A stretch of 64,000 nt of DNA from Lingula anatina (taxonomy: Eukaryota; Animalia; Brachiopoda): assembly GCA_051362555.1 (NCBI GenBank), contig JBPQGU010000016.1, positions 3,162,001-3,226,000 on the forward strand, read 5' to 3'. Made by a program: the position numbers and the translations under genes. The notes beneath the pieces were generated by a model that was given only the letters and a program-made list of their open reading frames with translations, was not told where the DNA came from and made no database searches. This document shows, piece after piece, positions 1 to 12,200 of the stretch (position 1 is its first letter; each line of letters starts with the position of its first letter).

Positions 1-108
1 TATGAATGACAGGTGTGGTAGATTGATTTTCATCACATTTCGGAAAAATTGGTGACGGGTCGTTTTTGGGTGATTTTGAGTGATTTTCATCAGGTCCGCG
101 TACAGCAG

Positions 109-153
109 ATTTCTTCAATTTTGGCCAAAAAGGGAAGAAATTTTTTTTTCTTC
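109..153. repeat. Overlapping inverted repeats, present once per monomer
   Basis: ATTTCTTC (109-116) is complementary to GAAGAAAT (134-141) and flanks the perfect palindrome TTTTGGCCAAAA (119-130). GAAGAAA (134-140) is also complementary to TTTCTTC (147-153). Confidence 0.85.
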
Positions 154-250
154 ATTTTAGTGACCGGTAGGTGTGTTGGGTCATTTGTAGTAAGTATAAA
201 GTACTGGAAGAGTGGTTGTGTCAATATTAAGGAAGAAAAAGAGCAAAAAC

Positions 251-276
251 TCTGGCCACCCCCCCCCCCCTCCAGA
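251..276. repeat. Length-variable poly-C tract flanked by TCTGG/CCAGA inverted repeat, once per monomer
   Basis: TCTGG-CCA-C12-T-CCAGA. The run varies from C10 to C17 (longest in the unit at ~17.29 kb) and accounts for most monomer length variation. Confidence 0.95.
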
Positions 277-3200
277 TCCTGTTTTCAGCTGTGTTTTTGG
301 CTATCTTTAAAGCTGGAATTGGGGGCTTTAATGAAGTGATCCGGGCGTGTTTCCACATTTTTTATGAATGACAGGTGTGGTAGATTGATTTTCATCACAT
401 TTCGGAAAAATTGGTGACGGGTCGTTTTTGGGTGATTTTGAGTGATTTTCATCAGGTCCGCGTACAGCAGATTTCTTCAATTTTGGCCAAAAAGGGAAGA
501 AATTTTTTTTTCTTCATTTTAGTGACCGGTAGGTGTGTTGGGTCATTTGTAGTAAGTATAAAGTACTGGAAGAGTGGTTGTGTCAATATTAAGGAAGAAA
601 AAGAGCAAAAACTCTGGCCACCCCACCCCCCCCTCCAGATCCTGTTTTCAGCTGTGTTTTTGGCTATCTTTAAAGCTGGAATTGGGGGCTTTAATGAAGT
701 GATCCGGGCGTGTTTCCACATTTTTTATGAATGACAGGTGTGGTAGATTGATTTTCATCACATTTCGGAAAAATTGGTGACGGGTCGTTTTTGGGTGATT
801 TTGAGTGATTTTCATCAGGTCCGCGTACAGCAGATTTCTTCAATTTTGGCCAAAAAGGGAAGAAATTTTTTTTTCTTCATTTTAGTGACCGGTAGGTGTG
901 TTGGGTCATTTGTAGTAAGTATAAAGTACTGGAAGAGTGGTTGTGTCAATATTAAGGAAGAAAAAGAGCAAAAACTCTGGCCACCCCCCCCCCCTCCAGA
1001 TCCTGTTTTCAGCTGTGTTTTTGGCTATCTTTAAAGCTGGAATTGGGGGCTTTAATGAAGTGATCCGGGCGTGTTTCCACATTTTTTATGAATGACAGGT
1101 GTGGTAGATTGATTTTCATCACATTTCGGAAAAATTGGTGACGGGTCGTTTTTGGGTGATTTTGAGTGATTTTCATCAGGTCCGCGTACAGCAGATTTCT
1201 TCAATTTTGGCCAAAAAGGGAAGAAATTTTTTTTTCTTCATTTTAGTGACCGGTAGGTGTGTTGGGTCATTTGTAGTAAGTATAAAGTACTGGAAGAGTG
1301 GTTGTGTCAATATTAAGGAAGAAAAAGAGCAAAAACTCTGGCCACCCCACCCCCCCCTCCAGATCCTGTTTTCAGCTGTGTTTTTGGCTATCTTTAAAGC
1401 TGGAATTGGGGGCTTTAATGAAGTGATCCGGGCGTGTTTCCACATTTTTTATGAATGACAGGTGTGGTAGATTGATTTTCATCACATTTCGGAAAAATTG
1501 GTGACGGGTCGTTTTTGGGTGATTTTGAGTGATTTTCATCAGGTCCGCGTACAGCAGATTTCTTCAATTTTGGCCAAAAAGGGAAGAAATTTTTTTTTCT
1601 TCATTTTAGTGACCGGTAGGTGTGTTGGGTCATTTGTAGTAAGTATAAAGTACTGGAAGAGTGGTTGTGTCAATATTAAGGAAGAAAAAGAGCAAAAACT
1701 CTGGCCACCCCCCCCCCCCTCCAGATCCTGTTTTCAGCTGTGTTTTTGGCTATCTTTAAAGCTGGAATTGGGGGCTTTAATGAAGTGATCCGGGCGTGTT
1801 TCCACATTTTTTATGAATGACAGGTGTGGTAGATTGATTTTCATCACATTTCGGAAAAATTGGTGACGGGTCGTTTTTGGGTGATTTTGAGTGATTTTCA
1901 TCAGGTCCGCGTACAGCAGATTTCTTCAATTTTGGCCAAAAAGGGAAGAAATTTTTTTTTCTTCATTTTAGTGACCGGTAGGTGTGTTGGGTCATTTGTA
2001 GTAAGTATAAAGTACTGGAAGAGTGGTTGTGTCAATATTAAGGAAGAAAAAGAGCAAAAACTCTGGCCACCCCCCCCCCCCTCCAGATCCTGTTTTCAGC
2101 TGTGTTTTTGGCTATCTTTAAAGCTGGAATTGGGGGCTTTAATGAAGTGATCCGGGCGTGTTTCCACATTTTTTATGAATGACAGGTGTGGTAGATTGAT
2201 TTTCATCACATTTCGGAAAAATTGGTGACGGGTCGTTTTTGGGTGATTTTGAGTGATTTTCATCAGGTCCGCGTACAGCAGATTTCTTCAATTTTGGCCA
2301 AAAAGGGAAGAAATTTTTTTTTCTTCATTTTAGTGACCGGTAGGTGTGTTGGGTCATTTGTAGTAAGTATAAAGTACTGGAAGAGTGGTTGTGTCAATAT
2401 TAAGGAAGAAAAAGAGCAAAAACTCTGGCCACCCCCCCCCCCCCTCCAGATCCTGTTTTCAGCTGTGTTTTTGGCTATCTTTAAAGCTGGAATTGGGGGC
2501 TTTAATGAAGTGATCCGGGCGTGTTTCCACATTTTTTATGAATGACAGGTGTGGTAGATTGATTTTCATCACATTTCGGAAAAATTGGTGACGGGTCGTT
2601 TTTGGGTGATTTTGAGTGATTTTCATCAGGTCCGCGTACAGCAGATTTCTTCAATTTTGGCCAAAAAGGGAAGAAATTTTTTTTTCTTCATTTTAGTGAC
2701 CGGTAGGTGTGTTGGGTCATTTGTAGTAAGTATAAAGTACTGGAAGAGTGGTTGTGTCAATATTAAGGAAGAAAAAGAGCAAAAACTCTGGCCCCCCCCC
2801 CCCCCCCTCCAGATCCTGTTTTCAGCTGTGTTTTTGGCTATCTTTAAAGCTGGAATTGGGGGCTTTAATGAAGTGATCCGGGCGTGTTTCCACATTTTTT
2901 ATGAATGACAGGTGTGGTAGATTGATTTTCATCACATTTCGGAAAAATTGGTGACGGGTCGTTTTTGGGTGATTTTGAGTGATTTTCATCAGGTCCGCGT
3001 ACAGCAGATTTCTTCAATTTTGGCCAAAAAGGGAAGAAATTTTTTTTTCTTCATTTTAGTGACCGGTAGGTGTGTTGGGTCATTTGTAGTAAGTATAAAG
3101 TACTGGAAGAGTGGTTGTGTCAATATTAAGGAAGAAAAAGAGCAAAAACTCTGGCCACCCCCCCCCCCCCTCCAGATCCTGTTTTCAGCTGTGTTTTTGG

Positions 3201-6200
3201 CTATCTTTAAAGCTGGAATTGGGGGCTTTAATGAAGTGATCCGGGCGTGTTTCCACATTTTTTATGAATGACAGGTGTGGTAGATTGATTTTCATCACAT
3301 TTCGGAAAAATTGGTGACGGGTCGTTTTTGGGTGATTTTGAGTGATTTTCATCAGGTCCGCGTACAGCAGATTTCTTCAATTTTGGCCAAAAAGGGAAGA
3401 AATTTTTTTTTCTTCATTTTAGTGACCGGTAGGTGTGTTGGGTCATTTGTAGTAAGTATAAAGTACTGGAAGAGTGGTTGTGTCAATATTAAGGAAGAAA
3501 AAGAGCAAAAACTCTGGCCCCCCCCCCCCCCCCTCCAGATCCTGTTTTCAGCTGTGTTTTTGGCTATCTTTAAAGCTGGAATTGGGGGCTTTAATGAAGT
3601 GATCCGGGCGTGTTTCCACATTTTTTATGAATGACAGGTGTGGTAGATTGATTTTCATCACATTTCGGAAAAATTGGTGACGGGTCGTTTTTGGGTGATT
3701 TTGAGTGATTTTCATCAGGTCCGCGTACAGCAGATTTCTTCAATTTTGGCCAAAAAGGGAAGAAATTTTTTTTTCTTCATTTTAGTGACCGGTAGGTGTG
3801 TTGGGTCATTTGTAGTAAGTATAAAGTACTGGAAGAGTGGTTGTGTCAATATTAAGGAAGAAAAAGAGCAAAAACTCTGGCCACCCCCCCCCCCCCCCTC
3901 CAGATCCTGTTTTCAGCTGTGTTTTTGGCTATCTTTAAAGCTGGAATTGGGGGCTTTAATGAAGTGATCCGGGCGTGTTTCCACATTTTTTATGAATGAC
4001 AGGTGTGGTAGATTGATTTTCATCACATTTCGGAAAAATTGGTGACGGGTCGTTTTTGGGTGATTTTGAGTGATTTTCATCAGGTCCGCGTACAGCAGAT
4101 TTCTTCAATTTTGGCCAAAAAGGGAAGAATTTTTTTTTTCTTCATTTTAGTGACCGGTAGGTGTGTTGGGTCATTTGTAGTAAGTATAAAGTACTGGAAG
4201 AGTGGTTGTGTCAATATTAAGGAAGAAAAAGAGCAAAAACTCTGGCCACCCCCCCCCCCCTCCAGATCCTGTTTTCAGCTGTGTTTTTGGCTATCTTTAA
4301 AGCTGGAATTGGGGGCTTTAATGAAGTGATCCGGGCGTGTTTCCACATTTTTTATGAATGACAGGTGTGGTAGATTGATTTTCATCACATTTCGGAAAAA
4401 TTGGTGACGGGTCGTTTTTGGGTGATTTTGAGTGATTTTCATCAGGTCCGCGTACAGCAGATTTCTTCAATTTTGGCCAAAAAGGGAAGAAATTTTTTTT
4501 TCTTCATTTTAGTGACCGGTAGGTGTGTTGGGTCATTTGTAGTAAGTATAAAGTACTGGAAGAGTGGTTGTGTCAATATTAAGGAAGAAAAAGAGCAAAA
4601 ACTCTGGCCACCCCCCCCCCCCCTCCAGATCCTGTTTTCAGCTGTGTTTTTGGCTATCTTTAAAGCTGGAATTGGGGGCTTTAATGAAGTGATCCGGGCG
4701 TGTTTCCACATTTTTTATGAATGACAGGTGTGGTAGATTGATTTTCATCACATTTCGGAAAAATTGGTGACGGGTCGTTTTTGGGTGATTTTGAGTGATT
4801 TTCATCAGGTCCGCGTACAGCAGATTTCTTCAATTTCGGCCAAAAAGGGAAGAAATTTTTTTTTCTTCATTTTAGTGACCGGTAGGTGTGTTGGGTCATT
4901 TGTAGTAAGTATAAAGTACTGGAAGAGTGGTTGTGTCAATATTAAGGAAGAAAAAGAGCAAAAACTCTGGCCACCCCCCCCCCCCTCCAGATCCTGTTTT
5001 CAGCTGTGTTTTTGGCTATCTTTAAAGCTGGAATTGGGGGCTTTAATGAAGTGATCCGGGCGTGTTTCCACATTTTTTATGAATGACAGGTGTGGTAGAT
5101 TGATTTTCATCACATTTCGGAAAAATTGGTGACGGGTCGTTTTTGGGTGATTTTGAGTGATTTTCATCAGGTCCGCGTACAGCAGATTTCTTCAATTTTG
5201 GCCAAAAAGGGAAGAAATTTTTTTTTCTTCATTTTAGTGACCGGTAGGTGTGTTGGGTCATTTGTAGTAAGTATAAAGTACTGGAAGAGTGGTTGTGTCA
5301 ATATTAAGGAAGAAAAAGAGCAAAAACTCTGGCCACCCCACCCCCCCCTCCAGATCCTGTTTTCAGCTGTGTTTTTGGCTATCTTTAAAGCTGGAATTGG
5401 GGGCTTTAATGAAGTGATCCGGGCGTGTTTCCACATTTTTTATGAATGACAGGTGTGGTAGATTGATTTTCATCACATTTCGGAAAAATTGGTGACGGGT
5501 CGTTTTTGGGTGATTTTGAGTGATTTTCATCAGGTCCGCGTACAGCAGATTTCTTCAATTTTGGCCAAAAAGGGAAGAAATTTTTTTTTCTTCATTTTAG
5601 TGACCGGTAGGTGTGTTGGGTCATTTGTAGTAAGTATAAAGTACTGGAAGAGTGGTTGTGTCAATATTAAGGAAGAAAAAGAGCAAAAACTCTGGCCACC
5701 CCCCCCCCCTCCAGATCCTGTTTTCAGCTGTGTTTTTGGCTATCTTTAAAGCTGGAATTGGGGGCTTTAATGAAGTGATCCGGGCGTGTTTCCACATTTT
5801 TTATGAATGACAGGTGTGGTAGATTGATTTTCATCACATTTCGGAAAAATTGGTGACGGGTCGTTTTTGGGTGATTTTGAGTGATTTTCATCAGGTCCGC
5901 GTACAGCAGATTTCTTCAATTTTGGCCAAAAAGGGAAGAAATTTTTTTTTCTTCATTTTAGTGACCGGTAGGTGTGTTGGGTCATTTGTAGTAAGTATAA
6001 AGTACTGGAAGAGTGGTTGTGTCAATATTAAGGAAGAAAAAGAGCAAAAACTCTGGCCACCCCACCCCCCCCTCCAGATCCTGTTTTCAGCTGTGTTTTT
6101 GGCTATCTTTAAAGCTGGAATTGGGGGCTTTAATGAAGTGATCCGGGCGTGTTTCCACATTTTTTATGAATGACAGGTGTGGTAGATTGATTTTCATCAC

Positions 6201-9200
6201 ATTTCGGAAAAATTGGTGACGGGTCGTTTTTGGGTGATTTTGAGTGATTTTCATCAGGTCCGCGTACAGCAGATTTCTTCAATTTTGGCCAAAAAGGGAA
6301 GAAATTTTTTTTTCTTCATTTTAGTGACCGGTAGGTGTGTTGGGTCATTTGTAGTAAGTATAAAGTACTGGAAGAGTGGTTGTGTCAATATTAAGGAAGA
6401 AAAAGAGCAAAAACTCTGGCCACCCCCCCCCCCCTCCAGATCCTGTTTTCAGCTGTGTTTTTGGCTATCTTTAAAGCTGGAATTGGGGGCTTTAATGAAG
6501 TGATCCGGGCGTGTTTCCACATTTTTTATGAATGACAGGTGTGGTAGATTGATTTTCATCACATTTCGGAAAAATTGGTGACGGGTCGTTTTTGGGTGAT
6601 TTTGAGTGATTTTCATCAGGTCCGCGTACAGCAGATTTCTTCAATTTTGGCCAAAAAGGGAAGAAATTTTTTTTTCTTCATTTTAGTGACCGGTAGGTGT
6701 GTTGGGTCATTTGTAGTAAGTATAAAGTACTGGAAGAGTGGTTGTGTCAATATTAAGGAAGAAAAAGAGCAAAAACTCTGGCCACCCCCCCCCCCCTCCA
6801 GATCCTGTTTTCAGCTGTGTTTTTGGCTATCTTTAAAGCTGGAATTGGGGGCTTTAATGAAGTGATCCGGGCGTGTTTCCACATTTTTTATGAATGACAG
6901 GTGTGGTAGATTGATTTTCATCACATTTCGGAAAAATTGGTGACGGGTCGTTTTTGGGTGATTTTGAGTGATTTTCATCAGGTCCGCGTACAGCAGATTT
7001 CTTCAATTTTGGCCAAAAAGGGAAGAAATTTTTTTTTCTTCATTTTAGTGACCGGTAGGTGTGTTGGGTCATTTGTAGTAAGTATAAAGTACTGGAAGAG
7101 TGGTTGTGTCAATATTAAGGAAGAAAAAGAGCAAAAACTCTGGCCACCCCCCCCCCCCCTCCAGATCCTGTTTTCAGCTGTGTTTTTGGCTATCTTTAAA
7201 GCTGGAATTGGGGGCTTTAATGAAGTGATCCGGGCGTGTTTCCACATTTTTTATGAATGACAGGTGTGGTAGATTGATTTTCATCACATTTCGGAAAAAT
7301 TGGTGACGGGTCGTTTTTGGGTGATTTTGAGTGATTTTCATCAGGTCCGCGTACAGCAGATTTCTTCAATTTTGGCCAAAAAGGGAAGAAATTTTTTTTT
7401 CTTCATTTTAGTGACCGGTAGGTGTGTTGGGTCATTTGTAGTAAGTATAAAGTACTGGAAGAGTGGTTGTGTCAATATTAAGGAAGAAAAAGAGCAAAAA
7501 CTCTGGCCACCCCCCCCCCCCTCCAGATCCTGTTTTCAGCTGTGTTTTTGGCTATCTTTAAAGCTGGAATTGGGGGCTTTAATGAAGTGATCCGGGCGTG
7601 TTTCCACATTTTTTATGAATGACAGGTGTGGTAGATTGATTTTCATCACATTTCGGAAAAATTGGTGACGGGTCGTTTTTGGGTGATTTTGAGTGATTTT
7701 CATCAGGTCCGCGTACAGCAGATTTCTTCAATTTTGGCCAAAAAGGGAAGAAATTTTTTTTTCTTCATTTTAGTGACCGGTAGGTGTGTTGGGTCATTTG
7801 TAGTAAGTATAAAGTACTGGAAGAGTGGTTGTGTCAATATTAAGGAAGAAAAAGAGCAAAAACTCTGGCCACCCCCCCCCCCCTCCAGATCCTGTTTTCA
7901 GCTGTGTTTTTGGCTATCTTTAAAGCTGGAATTGGGGGCTTTAATGAAGTGATCCGGGCGTGTTTCCACATTTTTTATGAATGACAGGTGTGGTAGATTG
8001 ATTTTCATCACATTTCGGAAAAATTGGTGACGGGTCGTTTTTGGGTGATTTTGAGTGATTTTCATCAGGTCCGCGTACAGCAGATTTCTTCAATTTTGGC
8101 CAAAAAGGGAAGAAATTTTTTTTTCTTCATTTTAGTGACCGGTAGGTGTGTTGGGTCATTTGTAGTAAGTATAAAGTACTGGAAGAGTGGTTGTGTCAAT
8201 ATTAAGGAAGAAAAAGAGCAAAAACTCTGGCCCCCCCCCCCCCCCTCCAGATCCTGTTTTCAGCTGTGTTTTTGGCTATCTTTAAAGCTGGAATTGGGGG
8301 CTTTAATGAAGTGATCCGGGCGTGTTTCCACATTTTTTATGAATGACAGGTGTGGTAGATTGATTTTCATCACATTTCGGAAAAATTGGTGACGGGTCGT
8401 TTTTGGGTGATTTTGAGTGATTTTCATCAGGTCCGCGTACAGCAGATTTCTTCAATTTTGGCCAAAAAGGGAAGAAATTTTTTTTTCTTCATTTTAGTGA
8501 CCGGTAGGTGTGTTGGGTCATTTGTAGTAAGTATAAAGTACTGGAAGAGTGGTTGTGTCAATATTAAGGAAGAAAAAGAGCAAAAACTCTGGCCACCCCC
8601 CCCCCCCTCCAGATCCTGTTTTCAGCTGTGTTTTTGGCTATCTTTAAAGCTGGAATTGGGGGCTTTAATGAAGTGATCCGGGCGTGTTTCCACATTTTTT
8701 ATGAATGACAGGTGTGGTAGATTGATTTTCATCACATTTCGGAAAAATTGGTGACGGGTCGTTTTTGGGTGATTTTGAGTGATTTTCATCAGGTCCGCGT
8801 ACAGCAGATTTCTTCAATTTTGGCCAAAAAGGGAAGAAATTTTTTTTTCTTCATTTTAGTGACCGGTAGGTGTGTTGGGTCATTTGTAGTAAGTATAAAG
8901 TACTGGAAGAGTGGTTGTGTCAATATTAAGGAAGAAAAAGAGCAAAAACTCTGGCCACCCCCCCCCCCCTCCAGATCCTGTTTTCAGCTGTGTTTTTGGC
9001 TATCTTTAAAGCTGGAATTGGGGGCTTTAATGAAGTGATCCGGGCGTGTTTCCACATTTTTTATGAATGACAGGTGTGGTAGATTGATTTTCATCACATT
9101 TCGGAAAAATTGGTGACGGGTCGTTTTTGGGTGATTTTGAGTGATTTTCATCAGGTCCGCGTACAGCAGATTTCTTCAATTTTGGCCAAAAAGGGAAGAA

Positions 9201-12200
9201 ATTTTTTTTTCTTCATTTTAGTGACCGGTAGGTGTGTTGGGTCATTTGTAGTAAGTATAAAGTACTGGAAGAGTGGTTGTGTCAATATTAAGGAAGAAAA
9301 AGAGCAAAAACTCTGGCCACCCCCCCCCCCCCTCCAGATCCTGTTTTCAGCTGTGTTTTTGGCTATCTTTAAAGCTGGAATTGGGGGCTTTAATGAAGTG
9401 ATCCGGGCGTGTTTCCACATTTTTTATGAATGACAGGTGTGGTAGATTGATTTTCATCACATTTCGGAAAAATTGGTGACGGGTCGTTTTTGGGTGATTT
9501 TGAGTGATTTTCATCAGGTCCGCGTACAGCAGATTTCTTCAATTTTGGCCAAAAAGGGAAGAAATTTTTTTTTCTTCATTTTAGTGACCGGTAGGTGTGT
9601 TGGGTCATTTGTAGTAAGTATAAAGTACTGGAAGAGTGGTTGTGTCAATATTAAGGAAGAAAAAGAGCAAAAACTCTGGCCACCCCCCCCCCCCCTCCAG
9701 ATCCTGTTTTCAGCTGTGTTTTTGGCTATCTTTAAAGCTGGAATTGGGGGCTTTAATGAAGTGATCCGGGCGTGTTTCCACATTTTTTATGAATGACAGG
9801 TGTGGTAGATTGATTTTCATCACATTTCGGAAAAATTGGTGACGGGTCGTTTTTGGGTGATTTTGAGTGATTTTCATCAGGTCCGCGTACAGCAGATTTC
9901 TTCAATTTTGGCCAAAAAGGGAAGAAATTTTTTTTTCTTCATTTTAGTGACCGGTAGGTGTGTTGGGTCATTTGTAGTAAGTATAAAGTACTGGAAGAGT
10001 GGTTGTGTCAATATTAAGGAAGAAAAAGAGCAAAAACTCTGGCCACCCCCCCCCCCCTCCAGATCCTGTTTTCAGCTGTGTTTTTGGCTATCTTTAAAGC
10101 TGGAATTGGGGGCTTTAATGAAGTGATCCGGGCGTGTTTCCACATTTTTTATGAATGACAGGTGTGGTAGATTGATTTTCATCACATTTCGGAAAAATTG
10201 GTGACGGGTCGTTTTTGGGTGATTTTGAGTGATTTTCATCAGGTCCGCGTACAGCAGATTTCTTCAATTTTGGCCAAAAAGGGAAGAAATTTTTTTTTCT
10301 TCATTTTAGTGACCGGTAGGTGTGTTGGGTCATTTGTAGTAAGTATAAAGTACTGGAAGAGTGGTTGTGTCAATATTAAGGAAGAAAAAGAGCAAAAACT
10401 CTGGCCACCCCCCCCCCCCCTCCAGATCCTGTTTTCAGCTGTGTTTTTGGCTATCTTTAAAGCTGGAATTGGGGGCTTTAATGAAGTGATCCGGGCGTGT
10501 TTCCACATTTTTTATGAATGACAGGTGTGGTAGATTGATTTTCATCACATTTCGGAAAAATTGGTGACGGGTCGTTTTTGGGTGATTTTGAGTGATTTTC
10601 ATCAGGTCCGCGTACAGCAGATTTCTTCAATTTTGGCCAAAAAGGGAAGAAATTTTTTTTTCTTCATTTTAGTGACCGGTAGGTGTGTTGGGTCATTTGT
10701 AGTAAGTATAAAGTACTGGAAGAGTGGTTGTGTCAATATTAAGGAAGAAAAAGAGCAAAAACTCTGGCCACCCCCCCCCCCCTCCAGATCCTGTTTTCAG
10801 CTGTGTTTTTGGCTATCTTTAAAGCTGGAATTGGGGGCTTTAATGAAGTGATCCGGGCGTGTTTCCACATTTTTTATGAATGACAGGTGTGGTAGATTGA
10901 TTTTCATCACATTTCGGAAAAATTGGTGACGGGTCGTTTTTGGGTGATTTTGAGTGATTTTCATCAGGTCCGCGTACAGCAGATTTCTTCAATTTTGGCC
11001 AAAAAGGGAAGAAATTTTTTTTTCTTCATTTTAGTGACCGGTAGGTGTGTTGGGTCATTTGTAGTAAGTATAAAGTACTGGAAGAGTGGTTGTGTCAATA
11101 TTAAGGAAGAAAAAGAGCAAAAACTCTGGCCACCCCCCCCCCCCCTCCAGATCCTGTTTTCAGCTGTGTTTTTGGCTATCTTTAAAGCTGGAATTGGGGG
11201 CTTTAATGAAGTGATCCGGGCGTGTTTCCACATTTTTTATGAATGACAGGTGTGGTAGATTGATTTTCATCACATTTCGGAAAAATTGGTGACGGGTCGT
11301 TTTTGGGTGATTTTGAGTGATTTTCATCAGGTCCGCGTACAGCAGATTTCTTCAATTTTGGCCAAAAAGGGAAGAAATTTTTTTTTCTTCATTTTAGTGA
11401 CCGGTAGGTGTGTTGGGTCATTTGTAGTAAGTATAAAGTACTGGAAGAGTGGTTGTGTCAATATTAAGGAAGAAAAAGAGCAAAAACTCTGGCCACCCCC
11501 CCCCCCCTCCAGATCCTGTTTTCAGCTGTGTTTTTGGCTATCTTTAAAGCTGGAATTGGGGGCTTTAATGAAGTGATCCGGGCGTGTTTCCACATTTTTT
11601 ATGAATGACAGGTGTGGTAGATTGATTTTCATCACATTTCGGAAAAATTGGTGACGGGTCGTTTTTGGGTGATTTTGAGTGATTTTCATCAGGTCCGCGT
11701 ACAGCAGATTTCTTCAATTTTGGCCAAAAAGGGAAGAAATTTTTTTTTCTTCATTTTAGTGACCGGTAGGTGTGTTGGGTCATTTGTAGTAAGTATAAAG
11801 TACTGGAAGAGTGGTTGTGTCAATATTAAGGAAGAAAAAGAGCAAAAACTCTGGCCACCCCCCCCCCCCTCCAGATCCTGTTTTCAGCTGTGTTTTTGGC
11901 TATCTTTAAAGCTGGAATTGGGGGCTTTAATGAAGTGATCCGGGCGTGTTTCCACATTTTTTATGAATGACAGGTGTGGTAGATTGATTTTCATCACATT
12001 TCGGAAAAATTGGTGACGGGTCGTTTTTGGGTGATTTTGAGTGATTTTCATCAGGTCCGCGTACAGCAGATTTCTTCAATTTTGGCCAAAAAGGGAAGAA
12101 ATTTTTTTTTCTTCATTTTAGTGACCGGTAGGTGTGTTGGGTCATTTGTAGTAAGTATAAAGTACTGGAAGAGTGGTTGTGTCAATATTAAGGAAGAAAA

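Larger units (their letters stand above)
1..362. repeat. Representative consensus monomer (arbitrary phase), family not recognised
   Basis: 362 bp, 40.9% GC by hand count. Eight CpGs (41, 56, 61, 97, 99, 165, 342, 346), T9 at 141-149, C12 at 259-270. Single AgeI (ACCGGT), ScaI (AGTACT) and PvuII (CAGCTG) sites per unit. Confidence 0.97.
1..8240. repeat. 13-monomer-offset (~4715 bp) duplication within the array; ends not precisely defined
   Basis: A-interrupted C tract at 625/1349 recurs at 5340/6064 (+4715). A-less tract at 3520 recurs at 8233. Seven consecutive unit lengths (362,363,361,363,362,362,363) match at the same offset. Confidence 0.8.

Noticed and set aside
38-59. CENP-B box-like motif (TTCG....A..CGGG)
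   Set aside because: Only 7 of 9 core positions match in register (TTCG GAAA A AT TGGT), and the actual CGGG lies 6 nt too far downstream.
88-149. Spliced-leader RNA gene layout: CAG|GT (91-95), Sm-like AATTTTGG (117-124), T9 run
   Set aside because: The donor GTCCGC is poor, the upstream sequence matches no spliced leader I know, and these short motifs are expected in T-rich DNA. It would be revived only if mRNA 5' ends carried ...GATTTTCATCAG.
189-201. TATAAA box and GTAAGT splice-donor-like word
   Set aside because: Isolated hexamers without supporting context, expected by chance.
259-270. Poly-C tract as a phase-variation switch giving three C-termini
   Set aside because: This needs a real gene and there is no evidence of one. 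Homopolymer slippage in non-coding satellite explains it.
1-362. 5S rRNA, tRNA or snRNA tandem gene unit
   Set aside because: No recognisable 5S, cloverleaf or U snRNA sequence on either strand by eye. An Rfam cmscan of a dimer would settle it.
1-362. Monomer as a 2 x 181-bp dimer, or identity with the Drosophila 359-bp (1.688) satellite
   Set aside because: No similarity is visible at a 181-bp offset. Resemblance to the 359-bp satellite is limited to length and a short CCACATTTT word, and GC content here is higher.
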